Positions 28,920-42,670 of a stretch of DNA of 64,000 nt are shown one piece after another; positions within the stretch are counted from its first letter, which is position 1, and each line of letters starts with the position of its first letter. The position numbers and the translations under genes were made by a program. Source of the DNA: Eledone cirrhosa (lineage: Eukaryota); the NCBI GenBank assembly GCA_964016885.1, contig OZ024746.1, forward strand, positions 59,768,001 through 59,832,000. Reading direction: 5' to 3'. The notes under the pieces are model-generated. The model was given only the letters and a program-made list of their open reading frames with translations, had not been told where the DNA came from and made no database searches.

Positions 28920-28968
28920 GTTTTAGAAGATCCCGTTAAGGGTGAAAGCAGCGATTCTTTGCTTAAAC
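28920..28968 (+). ncRNA. Hammerhead variant of the 58333/60131 family
   Basis: GUUU UAGAAGA U CCC GUUAA GGG U GAAAGCA..UGCUU^ AAAC. Confidence 0.5.
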
Positions 28969-29326
28969 TTTAATCTGTTATTTTAATATATATATATAAT
29001 TATATATTCGTGTACAGATATTTTTGCATACACAATAACAAAATATAAACAAACGTATTTATTTCACGAGGTTCGACAGCAGCAAAAACAAACAACAAAA
29101 AAGAGGGGGAACGCAATTCCATGCTTTTGAAAAATCTTAATGGAAAATTATTTGCCTATTCACCCAAGGCGACTTCATTTTTTGTTAGGACTTCTGCATC
29201 AATTGGTGAACATACGACGAAACTGTTTCAGAAAGGATGGATAAACATGTCAATCTATGTTTAGATATGTATATTATATATATATAATATATATATAATA
29301 TAAATACATATAATATATATATAATC

Positions 29327-29372
<46 letters not shown>

Positions 29373-29424
29373 TATATAATAAATATATAAATAATATCTA
29401 TATATATAATATAATATTTTAAAG

Positions 29425-29634
29425 GACGATCGACTTTCGTCAAATCGGACCGAGGGAACAATGTTTCCGTTGGTCTTTCCAATTGCTAATACTATCTATC
29501 GGTCGCAACTCCAGGTAGAAGGAGCAACGTGAAATAAAGTGTCTTGCTCAAGGACATAACGCATCGCCTGGTCCAGGAATCGAACTCACAACCTTACGAT
29601 TGTGAATCCAATTCTCTAACCACTCCGCCACACG
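29425..29634 (-). mobile_element. SINE S2
   Basis: High identity to 23430-23646. Confidence 0.8.
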
Positions 29635-29793
29635 CGGAGGTTATAGTTCACTTGAAGCATTGTGTAATGAGGTATAAACGTTTGTATATGTATAATAAAG
29701 CCAAAACAATGCAGGTATGGACATAGAATAAAGAATGCAAATGCAAAAGATATTGTTGACAATTAGTCTTTTATCTTAGATTTATTTAAATGT

Positions 29794-29828
29794 CCTTAAT
29801 TTTCGAGATAATATCTCTTCTTCGGAGG
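29794..29828 (-). ncRNA. Hammerhead variant (CCGAAGA core, loopless AAUU stem III) in a fold-back element (about 29675-30050)
   Basis: Reverse complement: CCU CCGAAGA A GAGAU AUU AUCUC GAAA AU UA^ AGG. Confidence 0.5.
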
Positions 29829-30046
29829 GAAGTAAAGCGGTTAAACCAGTGTTCTAAATAGCTTGCCAAGTCATGCTGACAGGAAATGGTATAGAGTACT
29901 CTATACCATTTCCTGTCAGCATGACTAATTGTCAACAATATCTTTTGCATTTGCATTCTTTATTGTCAACAATATCTTTTGCATTTGCATTCTTTATTCT
30001 ATGTCCATACCTGCATTGTTTTGGCTTTATTATACATATACAAACG

Positions 30047-30087
<41 letters not shown>

Positions 30088-31040
30088 AATATGAAAACAT
30101 GGTGCGCTGCGTGGTTGCAAATGGGTTACAAATGAATAAATTTAGTCCTTCATCAGTGATCTTCCAGCCTTCATTGGTATTTCATCGCTTTAAAGACCAT
30201 ATACCTCTGGTTGGTGCGAGCAACGGCTAAAGAAAGTCGTTGGGACACATAAATAGGGGGAACGAGCGAGACAGTAAACAAACAAAGATTGTAATGCAAC
30301 GAAAAGTGAGGAAGAAGGAGTCAAGTCCCTGAAATCGATGAACATAAGTTCTGTGAAATCGTAGACGAGAGAGAATAAAGACCATCCAACCTGGTCGAAA
30401 TGTAAGCGAGGAAAGAATTTCGCACAGGTCAAACGGGAAGAAGTAGGAGAGGGATTAACAGAGAGTGAGTGAGTGAAAGTGTGAGGAAGAGGCTAACAGA
30501 GAGAGTGACTGGCAGAGTGGGTAAAAGGAAGTGAGAGATGCGGAGAAAGATGAAGCTGTAAGAAAGAAACAGACGGGTCACAGCGGAGGAAAATATATAA
30601 ATATATGAAAAATATGAAAACATGGCGTGCTGCGTGGTTGCAAATGGGTTACATATGAATAAATTTAGTCCTTCATCAGTGATCTTCCAGCCTTATATAT
30701 ATTAAATTTAAGTGAAAATCTCTATTTATGGAAATATAAGCCAGACAGACCAAATATTTGTGGATTCTTCAAATATTGGTCTTTTCCAATAATTACTTCT
30801 TCCGCAATGAAACCATAGTAAGGAGATGGATATGTAGGTGAGATTGACTAATGTTTTTTAATCTTCTTTATCTGTCTGTCTTATACTCCCATAAATAGAC
30901 TTTTTCACTTAAATTTAATATGTAATATTGCTTCTTTGATTGATATTGTATCTACATATTTTATCCATTCATTGTATTAGATGTATTAGAGACTAATTAA
31001 TATTTAATTTTATACATACATGCATATATATTTTTTACAA

Positions 31041-31250
31041 TCGACAGACGAAAATCGGACCGTGGAAACAATGCTTCCATCGGTCTTTCCAATTGCTAAT
31101 ACTATCTATCGGTCGCAACTCTAGCTAGAAGAAGCAACGTGAAATAAAGTGTCTTGCTCAAGGACATAACGCATCACCCGGCCCGGGAATCGGACTTATA
31201 ACCTCACGATTGCGAATCCAACTCTCTAACCACTCAGCCACGCGCCTTCA
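31041..31250 (-). mobile_element. SINE S2
   Basis: Homologous to the copies at 23430 and 29425. Confidence 0.8.
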
Positions 31251-31380
31251 TTAAATATAAATATATATATATATATATATAGCAAGCAGGAAAAAGCGGG
31301 CGTAAAATGATTATGATGATGATGATGATGAGGATGATGATATATATATCATCATCATCATCATCATCGTCATCATCATT

Positions 31381-33482
31381 TTACGTCCGCTTTTCCCTAC
31401 TTGCAAGGGTTGGACGGGTCCTATTCAGCACAGCATCTCTCCACTTGTCACTGTCCTTTGTCATCTCCTCGGTGAGTTTCAGCGATCTGAGGTCTGCTCG
31501 CACCACCTCCGCCCATGTTTTACGTGGTCTACCTCTACTGCGTCTTCCTTCTACTGGCATTTCTTGGCACTTCTTTACCCAGCGGTCATCCTCCATGCGC
31601 ATCACATGTCCATACCATCTCAGCTTTCTCTCCTGCACACAACAACTTATGCCTCTTATACCTAGTTTCTTTCTCAACTCGTCTATGCTTGGTCGTTCAC
31701 GCACATTGACATTGCACATCCAACGGAGCATACTTGCTTCATTTCTCTCCCGCCGTCAGATATCCTCTGCAGTTGCTGCCCATGTCTCACTACCATGCAG
31801 CATCGCGCATCTCACACAGGCATCATATAACCGTCCTTTCGTGCGCCAGGAGAAACCCTTCTTTGTCAACAAAGGAAGCAGCTCCCTAAACTTCTTCCAA
31901 CCCGTCCTTATTCTAGATACCATGGCCTCGAAACACCACCACTCCCCTCCCATGCTAATATGATCACCTAGGTACCGGAAGCTATCAACCACTTCTATAG
32001 AACCCACCTGCATTGGAAAAATGTGTCTATCACTGCGATTACTACTGCCAACTTTCCCTGTACATCTACTGTATACGTAGTTTTCCCTACCTGTCAGTTT
32101 GTCTGCTATCCCACTACATCTCTTGTGTACCCAAGATCTGCATTGCGTACATTTTATGGAATTTATGCCAGTTCCTTTCCTACATATCGAACATGGCCAT
32201 TTCCCTGATGGAATCGGAGCATTGTCCTCTCTTCTACTTATCAACACTTTTGTCTTAGCTAGGTTCACTCTCAGTCCTCTTGATTCCAACTGCTGTTTCC
32301 ATAGCCAGAATTTATTCTCTAGCTCCTCTATTGATTCTGCTATAAGAGCCAGATCATCAGCATAGAGAAGTTCCCATGGGCTTAAACTCCTCTGTTATGG
32401 CTTGGAGGACTATGATGAACAAGAGCGGGCTGAGGACCGAACCCTGATGTACACCTACTTGTATCTGGAATTCCCCACTAAACTCCATATCTACTCTCAC
32501 CTTACTGACAGCACCCCTGTACATAGCTTGCACTGCCCTCACAAGCCATTCCTCTACACCTAGTTTCCTTAGGGACCACCAGATTACAGATCGGGGTATC
32601 CTATCAAAGGCCTTCTCTAGGTCAACAAAAGCTAAGTATAGTGGCTTATTCTTCTCTAAGAACTTTTCTTGTAGTTGCCTCACTAAGAAGAGGGCATCTG
32701 TTGTACTTTTCTGAGGCACAAAACCAAACTGCATCTCATCTAATTTGACCCTTTCTCTAATCAGTTGCGCTAATATTCTCTCTGCCACTTTCATAACCTG
32801 ATCCATCAGCTTTATGTCCCTATAATTGCTCCTCTCTAGAGCATCCCCTTTACCTTTGTAGCAATTTATGAGAATATTGCTGCACCAGTCTTTGGGTATG
32901 ACACCACCATATATAACTTGATTGATGATGCCTGCAACCAGTTTAATGCCTACTTCAGCTGATGCTTTCAGCATCTCAGCAACTATCCCCGACAGTCCAG
33001 CAGCCTTACCATTCTTCTTTAATTGCCTATATTCGTCAATCTCAATAGCTGGGCCCTCTGTTGGGTCTACTGGGGATAATTTCTCTCTGTCCCATTCGTT
33101 CTCCACATTCACCAGTCTCTCATAATGACATTTCCAGACCTCCTTCTTTCGATCATTCGTGACACTAAGTACACCGGCATCATCCTGGACACATTTATCT
33201 CCAACAACCTCCTGATTTGCACTGACACACTGCCTTGCAATGTGGAACACCGCACGTCTCTGATCTTCCCGTCGCAGAACATTGGCAAACCTCCTACTCT
33301 CAGCCTCCCTGCGTGCTAAGTACACCTGACGTCTAGCTTCTCTCCTAGCGACTGTTTATCCTTCCCTACTCCCACCATTTTTCAAAGCCTTCCATGCCAG
33401 TCTTTTGTCTCTAATGGCCCTATCTACCGTGCTGTTCCACCACCAGGTCACTCTCTGTCTGGTTGAAGCTCTGCCCCAACCA
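31381..33482 (-). mobile_element. 5'-truncated RTE-clade LINE with an (ATG)n tail and a PHD-like insert after the RT core
   Basis: FVDLEKAFDRIPR, GVHQGSVLSPLLF, LLYADDL, CSICRKG..CTQCRSWVHKRC, KLRWYGHVMRM..GRPRKTW. Several frameshifts. Confidence 0.92.
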
Positions 33483-33509
33483 CATATATATATATATAAA
33501 AAGAGGGCG

Positions 33510-33650
33510 AGGTGAGATACCAGGTGGACCATAAAGCACCAGAGTACTCAATACTAAGGGTAGTAGAGTTGGTAATATGAAGAGAGTCAGGACCCCGACG
33601 GCTGAGCTCCGACGGTTTCGACAGCTAGATTCGAACTAAGCCACCAGTAT
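33510..33650 (-). mobile_element. Family B repeat (HHR 3' half plus downstream tail); copies at about 35555, 36718-36840, 37425-37560 and 38810-38950
   Basis: Recurrent CCCCGACGGCTGAGCTCC..GTTTCGACAGCTAG. The minus strand reads GAAAC C GUC^ GGAG. Confidence 0.65.
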
Positions 33651-34304
33651 TAGAACGGCGAGAATCTAGCTGAACTTATAAAGAGGTAAGCTCATATATG
33701 GGAATGCAGTCAAAACAGAAAAAGCAGAAATATCTAAGCAAAAAATCCTTAAAATGTTGTTGTTTTTCTTGTCTGTCACGGGGAGAGGTCAATTATCTGG
33801 GATGTCGTGACATATACATCCAGGGAGTGTAACGTGAAGTTACCGTAGGTTCACCCAGGTGAGCACTCGATGTTTAGGTAGCGAGGTGTAGAGCTAAACA
33901 GTGTGTAAATATAATAATACAAGGACGATTTGTTATGCCTTCATTACGTTTATTGATTGGTGAAGCGCATTTCGCTATAGATCAGCTCAAGGTTCGATCT
34001 GTATCGATCTGGCCCGACTTTGGAATCAAAAGCTCGTCGAACCCCGGCTGTTGTAATGACAGAATGAACATATAAAGCATAGAAATGTCTGTGTATAGAT
34101 ATATATATAAAGATCCCATAACTCCTTGAGAAGTCGTAGAGGCACCGTCAAACGGCGCGTCTATGACACTTTTTATCCTGGCGGAGTCCAACCCTCTTCA
34201 GGTCTGAACTGAATTTTTCTATAGAGGAAGAATCGATCCTAGTACTGGACTGGTACTTTTTTATCGACCTCGAAAGGATGAAAGGCAAAGTTGGCCCTGA
34301 CGGG

Positions 34305-34347
<43 letters not shown>

Positions 34348-35107
34348 CTCTTACTGGTAATAAGGTAATTAAGAAATTACTGACCTTCCTGTTTATAGTT
34401 GTTTATACTATATACATAACTATAAATAGTATTATTATTATTATATATATATATATATATATATATATTTACTCCTAGAATTAACGATTAACTGATTAAT
34501 TTAATTAGATGATTCTATTGATTGATTAATTGTTTAAGTTTGTTTGATAACTTCTGGTTGAGTGCTTTATTCGGTTTGTCTAAAGGGATTCATTCCTTTA
34601 TCTCAAATTAGAATTCGCCGCCTAAGCGGGGGTTACCTCCCTTGGAGTAAACCACGTGTCTGTGGCGACATTTAAAGCTACAACATACCCGCTCAGGCTA
34701 AGAACGAAAGACTTGCTGAAGAAGTAAATCCTATGTTCTGTCGTCAAAAACCATTATATTGCAGACTCCTGCAATAGGAATATGTCGATCTTGGATTTGC
34801 AGAAACTTAGCGCTGATGTTGGATGCTATATGTGATGTATATTGTTGATATACGATGTAAGTTATATATTTTGCACTCAGCCTCACCGCTATGTCCGGGT
34901 CAGTATAAAATCTTTTCCTGGGTCCTGTATTTTCGTTGCTCAAGTGATGCGGCTGGACTGCCGACCGCTATATCTGATTTGCTAAACTGTCTGAACGTAA
35001 TGTTATTACTCTGGGGTCTTTCCTCATCTGAGTGCTCAAACTACAGACCGATTATGCATATACGCTAGCTTGGCCGTATTCTAAAGCTTCGTCAATGCTG
35101 TACTAAA

Positions 35108-35146
<39 letters not shown>

Positions 35147-35601
35147 CAAATAAATTATCGAGAATCGGAATCTCGGCCCACGAAATAACGAAACACAATC
35201 TTCGAAATGCGTGGCAAAGTGCTCAATAGTTTGGATAAACCAGAGCTATAACTAACGTTTAAATACCAACACACTGAGACGATGCTTAAACAATCATTCG
35301 CACATATAGGAAAATGATCCAGAAATATTATATGGAGTAGCGAAACAATTGTAAACGGACATTATTATTATTAATATTATTATTATTATTATTCTCTACA
35401 TTCCTTACATCAAACTAAAATATGTTGACAATCTTTTAATAATATCTTCCTTGTGAAATTTGTGGTCTTGCTTTGCTTAACTAATGAATATTTCCAGTTC
35501 TGCGCACCTAACTTCTGCATGAACCCAGCCACTTATCTGCTTTCTACTGTTTAACCCCGACGGCAGAGCTCAAGCCGTTTAGGCGGCTATTTCTGGACTC
35601 T

Positions 35602-35636
<35 letters not shown>

Positions 35637-35786
35637 TCAATTAGAGAGAGTTAGTTGATTTAGAATCAGCCGACTTTTATATAACAGATATCAAGCACTC
35701 AAAGGTATATATTTATCCGGAGTAAAGTTGTATATTATATATATATATATATATAATATAGTTGCATTTTCGATTTCATCTTTTTT

Positions 35787-35844
<58 letters not shown>

Positions 35845-36002
35845 GTCCCATAGGCAGATCTCACACAATGCAGCCTCGACAGATGAATACTGCTGGATTA
35901 TGGCTGACAACTGATGCAACCAAGACACCATAGTAAAAACCAATATATGGAACATTATATTATGTAACATTCTCTCATTATTTTAATTTATATTCCTTTG
36001 AA

Positions 36003-36122
36003 GTTCTGATGAGCCGCTCTGTCTTTTAAATATGTTAATTATTTTCAACTGAACCAGATCAATTATGATATATAGTCATCTGATCCAGAAATATTATATG
36101 GAGTAGCGAAACAATTGTAAAC
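36003..36122 (+). ncRNA. Hammerhead with expanded loop II and palindromic stem III (ACAAUUGU)
   Basis: GUU CUGAUGA GCCGCUC..(about 80 nt)..GAGUAGC GAAAC AAUU GUA^ AAC. Confidence 0.7.
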
Positions 36123-36143
36123 GGACATTATTATTATTAATAT

Positions 36144-36290
36144 TGTAGCATAGAGTTATGGCCCTTTATGATCTGAGTTCAAATCCCGCCGAGGTTAACT
36201 TTGCCTTTCATCCTTACGGGGTCGATAAAATAAAGTACCAGTAATACACTGGGATAATTGCTGGCCTTGTGCCAAAAGTAGAAACAATTA
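36144..36290 (+). mobile_element. 5'-truncated SINE S1 inserted just downstream of the HHR
   Basis: TSD ATTATTATTAATATT. An empty-site paralogue lies at 35316-35550. Confidence 0.85.
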
Positions 36291-36597
36291 TTATTAATAT
36301 TATTATTATTATTCTCTACATTCCTTACATCAAACTAAAATATGTTGACAATCTTTTAATAATATCTTCCTTGTGAAATTTGTGGTCTTGCTTTGCTTAA
36401 CTAATGAATATTTCCAGCTCTGCGCACCTAACCTCTGCATGAACCCAGCCACCTAGCTGCTTTCTACTGCATATTGCACATTGAGCACATGCCTTTACGC
36501 TTTGGCTTCTAACTAATTCACCAATCTTTCCTCTCATATCTCCTCTCCTATCTCCATCTCTCTCTTTAAGATTGGTTACTCTTGAACTGTGTATATT

Positions 36598-36694
<97 letters not shown>

Positions 36695-37376
36695 AAGAAA
36701 GTGTAGTAAGAAACTACGTGGACCATAATGCCCCAGAGTACTCGATACTTGGGGTAGTAGAGTGGGTAATAGGAAAAGAGTCAGGACCCCGACGGCTGAG
36801 CTTCCGGCCGTTTCGACAGCTAGATCCGAACTAAGCCAGCAGTGACTGCTGGCTTAGTATATACAGTATATACTGTATATCTTTCTTTTCCTCTATAGCT
36901 CTCCTTGTGTGTGTGTGGGGGGGGGGGGGGGGTGCGTCTGTACATAAACCATTCGACGTCCTACAAGTGGATTGTTTCAATCTTTCTTTTACCGTGGCTA
37001 TATTTCCAAATATGGATGTGTCAAAGAGTAAATATGAAATCAGGAAATCATGAAACGGACGATAAGAGATGGTTTATATATATATATATATATATATTTA
37101 TTCGCTTTTCTTCATTCTCAGTATTTTTTTCTTTCATATATATTTTTACCCCTCATTGTTCTACCTACCGTTCCGACTTCCTCCCCCTCCCCCTCCCCAG
37201 TATCTTCTTTGACCTCATGCCCAGCTGTAGCTGGCACTACCAACGCTTGATCGGGTCTACTCCACCCCCTCCCCTCTTTCTCCTACTGGCAGGTTTAGCC
37301 ACCATCTCCCCTATTAATTTGCAATCACAGAATTACTACTGACTTTTGACAATCACTTTGACCATATATGGAATTA

Positions 37377-37454
37377 CCCCTTGAGAAGATCGGCTATTTA
37401 AATACCAGGATAAATTTTCATTTAGTCCAGAATTAGCCGTCGAAACGGTTTGAG
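37377..37454 (+). ncRNA. Degenerate U3-A8 hammerhead, family B
   Basis: UUGAGAA GAUCGGCUA..UAGCCGUC GAAAC G GUU^. Stem I is damaged. Confidence 0.45.
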
Positions 37455-37560
37455 CTCAGCTGTCGGGGTCTTACTGGTTCCTATTACCCACTCTACTACC
37501 CCAAGTATTGAGTACTTTGGTGCGTTATGGTCCACCTGGTTCCTTACCACATTTCCTTCG

Positions 37561-37650
<90 letters not shown>

Positions 37651-37715
37651 AAAAGGAGAACAGAGTCATGATATAAGTTAAAACAATGAAATAAAAAATC
37701 AAGTCATTAGAAATT

Positions 37716-38053
37716 TGCTTTTGACAACAGCTGGTGATATGCATGTAAGTAAATATTTCCCTATCTGATATTGTGTAACTAACCTTACATAGATCGATAA
37801 CGAAGTATAGTTACGATGTATTATCATCACCTAGAAACGGCGGTGGATTGGCAGTATCGGTAGAGGGTCGGACGCCATGCTTTCCAGCATAGTTACGTCC
37901 CTTTACGATCTGAGTTCAAATCCCGCCGAGGTTGACTTTGCCTTTCATCCTTACGGGGTCGATAAAATAAAGTACCAGTAATGCACTGGGTGGTTGCTGG
38001 CCTTGTGCCTAAAGTAGAAACAATTATCATCACCTAGAAATGATCGTAAAGCA
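37716..38053 (+). ncRNA. U3-A8 hammerhead split by a SINE insertion
   Basis: UGCUU UUGACAA CAGCUGGUGAUA... resumes after the SINE as GAAAUGAUCGUA AAGCA. Uninterrupted paralogue at 49575-49706. Confidence 0.65.
37838..38022 (+). mobile_element. Full-length SINE S1 with 18-bp TSD
   Basis: TSD ATTATCATCACCTAGAAA at 37820-37837 and 38023-38040. Confidence 0.92.
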
Positions 38054-38188
38054 GTGAAGTATATCTCTAATGACTTGATTTTTTATTTCATTGTTTTAAC
38101 TTATATCATGACTCTGTTTTCCTTTTAATGTTTTATTGTTTTCCGGGATTTATTTTAACCTACAACATTTTCAATATATATATATATA

Positions 38189-38220
<32 letters not shown>

Positions 38221-38720
38221 GTTGCTGCTGGAAGTTGCTAGAATATAAATGGATTAGTGCAACAGCAGTAACAGTAGCATTGTGTCGTCTGCTGGCAAAA
38301 CATGAAGCGATAAGGAATTGGTGAAAATAATTAGACATAGTGAAATATATAACCTGGCTGATGTTTACTGCTAAATAAATTGACTAATCAATTTAATTTG
38401 ATTGAATAACTAATAAATATTCTCTGTTAATATATTTCGGCCTGCCCAAAAGTCATACATACATACACAACACGTGCTACGTTGTTAACCAGTAAAATTA
38501 GATAAAAGTTGGTTCTAGCTGGTGATGTTGAAATTGGGAAAGTCAATGATGAAGATGATAAAGGCCTCTACGTGGTAACGGCCCAGATTCATATAAGTAA
38601 TTGTCAAATTTTCCTCCATATCACACACACCCTTGGTTATTTTATCTTGTATACAGAAACTACGCAATAAAAAAGACTGTATGCTTCTTGATGATGCTGT
38701 TGCCTCCGTATGTATGTATA

Positions 38721-38813
<93 letters not shown>

Positions 38814-38959
38814 GGAAAAGAGTCAATATCTCGACGGCTGAGCTCCGGCCGTTTCGACAGCTAGATCCGAGCCTTTTTCCTATTATCCACTCTACTACCC
38901 TAAGTATTGAGTACTCTGGTGCGTTATGGTCCACCTGGTATCTTACCACACACTCTTTG

Positions 38960-39011
<52 letters not shown>

Positions 39012-39028
39012 TGTGCGTGTGTGCGTGC

Positions 39029-39170
<142 letters not shown>

Positions 39171-39329
39171 TTATATATATTTATATATATTTATATATAT
39201 ATTATTATTGCTGTTATTAAGAAAAACCCACACTGTATCGTCCTGTACTGTTATTGATGTTTCCTTAATGTAAACCCTGTGTGGCTAATAAAAAAAATTA
39301 TTATTTTTGTTGTTGTTTCTTCGCTCAGC

Positions 39330-39495
39330 TTCTAACGCTGGGGATGTGTTACAGTGTTAGCTGTTCACTACCCGTGGACTGGGGTTATACCTCTTATTTT
39401 TTGAGTACCCTCTGGAGTATTTAAGCTGTTCCAAGCAATGCTGTTTTTGTAAGTGTGCTATCCTTATTGCAATCCCTATTTGTTTAATGTACTTT
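39330..39495 (-). pseudogene. 3' fragment of an RLE-type (R4/Dong-like) retroelement next to (ATC)n
   Basis: IKQIGIAIRIAHLQ/KTALLGTA*ILQRVL, a typical RLE C-terminus. Confidence 0.55.
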
Positions 39496-39517
39496 ATTAT
39501 CATCATCATCCTTATTG

Positions 39518-39548
<31 letters not shown>

Positions 39549-39585
39549 CATCATTGCTATCACCATCATCATCACCATCATCATT

Positions 39586-39624
<39 letters not shown>

Positions 39625-40429
39625 GTTATCATTATATTTGTGGCATTTGCGTTCAGAATGCACGAAAACGGAACAGATACTGCAAAACTCTTTAACAATT
39701 CTGCCAATCCACCACTCCTGTCATGAACTGATACTTTATTTATCGAAAAGATGGAAAGCAAGGTTCACCTTAACGGGATTTAAACTTAAATCGCAGATAG
39801 CTGGAATAAATACCACAAGGCATTTAATACGAAGTTCTTGTCAATTCACCGCCTAAATATTAATTGAATTTCTTTTATCATCTCTCCTTTGTATTTAACA
39901 AAATACCAGAATAACACCCAACTTCAGTTTGGCTAACAAAATAATACAGAATGCAGTTGTTTTCTATGAAAAAATGAACGACTTTGGTTCATAAAACTTC
40001 AAAACTAAATCTTCAAAGAACTTCAAATTTCGAAAAAGAAAAAGTAATATTTTTGAAATTTTATAAAAATTTTATAAACATGTATTAAATTTCATTAAAA
40101 CATTTCAAAATAATATGAAGCGTATCTTCAAAGATGACAGCTCTTTTTTTCTGTGTTTACAACTACACTATTTTTCAATTGGTTTGATAATCCGATCAAC
40201 ATCAAGCCAGATCAAAGAGAGGACTAAACAGGCTAGTCAGGTCACACTGGCCATTTGGCATAGACCCTACAATTTTGAATGGGTCTTTTATTCTGTTCTG
40301 TTAGATGCAAGTACATTATATACACTACATGTACACATATATACTCATAATCCATACATACAGCTTATAAATTTACCACTACTGATTACACTGCATGACA
40401 AAATGAAGAAAGTTTATTTAGCAAGAGAT

Positions 40430-41500
40430 AATTAGTGTGATTTTAGCTAATTTTAGGGTGCTCTTTCTGAATATGAAGTCAGTTTTGCTCTATCACATCT
40501 AGATTTTTATCTACAAGATACCCTCTATATACCAAATTTACAGAAATGTAATGTAGTATGCAGTACGTCAAGTGTTCCTATTTGTCTTTTAAGAATGCCT
40601 TTGTTCTTTTTATAACAACATTTAATGAGAGAGCTGAAAAAGTAGATATAACACATATTAGATCATGTCTATTTTTAGAACACTTTGACTTAAATGTATG
40701 TTTAGGGTGTTATTGTAACTCGTATCAAATTGATAATTGCGCTGCTCACAGTGGACTACTGTTTTTTTTTCTTTCCAATTCAATTTGCTTCAATTTGCAT
40801 GGCTTCTAGACGTATATGTCGCAATGACCCAGATCACTTGTTACATCTGTGAGGAATATGCATTTAAGGACTGTATGAGAAACATCTCGACAATTATACG
40901 AGCAAAATACAAGGATTACTTCAAACTGAAACTTGAAGACCAAGATAAATGTTTTGCTCCAAATATTATATGGAAAAATTGCAATGATCATCTTTCCTTG
41001 TGGTCCAATGACAAGCTGAAGCAAATGCCATTTGCCACCCCAATGGCATGGCGAGAACAAAGCAGCTATTCCATTGATTGCTACTTTCCTTTACTAATTT
41101 TGAGGGGTCCAAAAAGAAAACTGCAAAGTATATCAAGTATCCTAATTTTCCATCTGCTATAAGACCACAGTGATATGAAGATGAAAGTCCTCCTGTGCCA
41201 AGCAATCAACCACTGAGTGAGTCAGATGATGATTCCTATGACGAAACTGGATGTGAAGACCAAATGGATGACAAGAATTTTGAAATTTCTCATTCATGCC
41301 CTAAAACAAGTCAAGTACAACTGGATCATTTTGTACAAATGTTGGAACTTTCTAAGAATGATGCTTACCTGGCTGGAACAATACTCAGAGAATTTGGTGT
41401 CTTAGCCCAAGGAACCCAAACAACATCGTACAGGCACCGAGGGGAGATTTGTGAGATATCTTGTAAATCAAAAGGTAGGCGCGATGGAGCAAACGGGAAC
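40430..41500 (+). pseudogene. Decayed Cys-rich DNA-transposon-associated ORF (superfamily unresolved)
   Basis: CYICEEY..YKDYFKLKLEDQDKCFAPNII.K.C..L..W....MPFATPMAWREQ....DCYF, a motif I recognise from animal DNA transposon proteins. Frameshifted. Confidence 0.6.
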
Positions 41501-41715
41501 TCATATTCATAAAGAGCCCCATAAAATTAACTAATATCACCTAAAGTAGTGTTCGCTAAAACAAATTAATGTCATGCAGTGTTGTTAAATACTTAATGAG
41601 AGGTTGAAAACCTGAGAAGACAACTAATCGCGGTAAAATTTCAGTACGTGTTTTGGTGTGGAGTAGGTATAAAAATACAGCTAAACCTCAATAATTATTA
41701 GTAACAACTAATATT

Positions 41716-41894
41716 TGAATTGGCAGTATTGGTAGAGGGTCAGACATGCTTTCCAGCGTAGTTACGTCCCTTTACGATCTGAGTTCAAATCCCGCCGAGG
41801 TTAACTTTGCCTTTCATCCTTACGGGGTCGATAAAATAAAGTACCAGTAATGTACTGGGTAATTGCTGGCCTTGTGCCTAAAGTAGAAACAATT
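41716..41894 (+). mobile_element. SINE S1
   Basis: Matches 37838-38022. Confidence 0.9.
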
Positions 41895-41969
41895 ATTACT
41901 ATAATCATTACTTTGATATCTCAGTCATTGTTGTTATTTAACCGGAAAATGTGTCCTAGTGAACCTCAA

Positions 41970-42190
41970 GCCGCTACCTGCAGCCTCAGCTATTTTCGAC
42001 GTATCGGGGAGCCTTACTGTTACCAGTAGGCATACCTTCTGGAGTGTTCCATAAAGAGGGCTAGGCTAATGTTCTTTAACTAGCCTTGGAAGCTTTTGGA
42101 GATAGTACCTAATGCTCCTATGACGATGGGACGACCTTAATCGCATTACAGTTCCAAATCCTTTTCAGTTCCCACTTTAAATCCTGGTAC
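41970..42190 (-). pseudogene. 3' fragment of an RLE-type retroelement
   Basis: YQDLKWELKRIWNC..PIVIGALGTISK..LQKVCLL. Confidence 0.65.
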
Positions 42191-42374
42191 CGGTTAATTA
42201 TATTTATATAGATGTGTATGTGTATATATATATATATGTGTGTGGATTGAGGAAGGCGAGGCTCTGTGGTTACTGATAACGAGTGTTAGAAGATAAGGCG
42301 AAATAAACAAGCGGGGGACAGTTTGCCTTCGTCAGCTGTTTACTACGGATCATGAATGTTTCGGCGCATTATAA

Positions 42375-42415
<41 letters not shown>

Positions 42416-42627
42416 GTATATTTCGTTTCTGAATTTGTTTAGCAAGATTCTTTATCTGAAAACGTGTGTTGAAACCGATATTGTTATACTTTGGGAGGGT
42501 AATGTTGCCAATAAGAAACACACGCACCAGTTGCTTTCACTTCAATTTATTATAATAAATTTATAAATTTAGGAATTTATAAATTTCCGGTTGGTTGGTT
42601 CCACAACCAGATGATTGTTTATATATT

Positions 42628-42670
42628 GTCAAAGTTCTTTCGTCACATATTCTGTGACCTCTTCAGTGAC
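42628..42670 (-). ncRNA. Type I hammerhead in a PLE 3' region
   Basis: Reverse complement: GUCA CUGAAGA G GUCACA GAAUA UGUGAC GAAAG AA CUU^ UGAC. Confidence 0.82.

Noticed and set aside
30140-30690. Minus-strand CUGAUGAAGGAC in two direct repeats (about 30145 and 30670)
   Set aside because: The GAAA half was not found, possibly truncated by (TA)n, so these were not counted as ribozymes.
37838-37930. tRNA genes suggested by A/B boxes
   Set aside because: They are heads of multi-copy SINEs with TSDs and no complete cloverleaf.
42290-42370. CUGACGA and GAAAC pieces on the minus strand
   Set aside because: Wrong order and no consistent stems.
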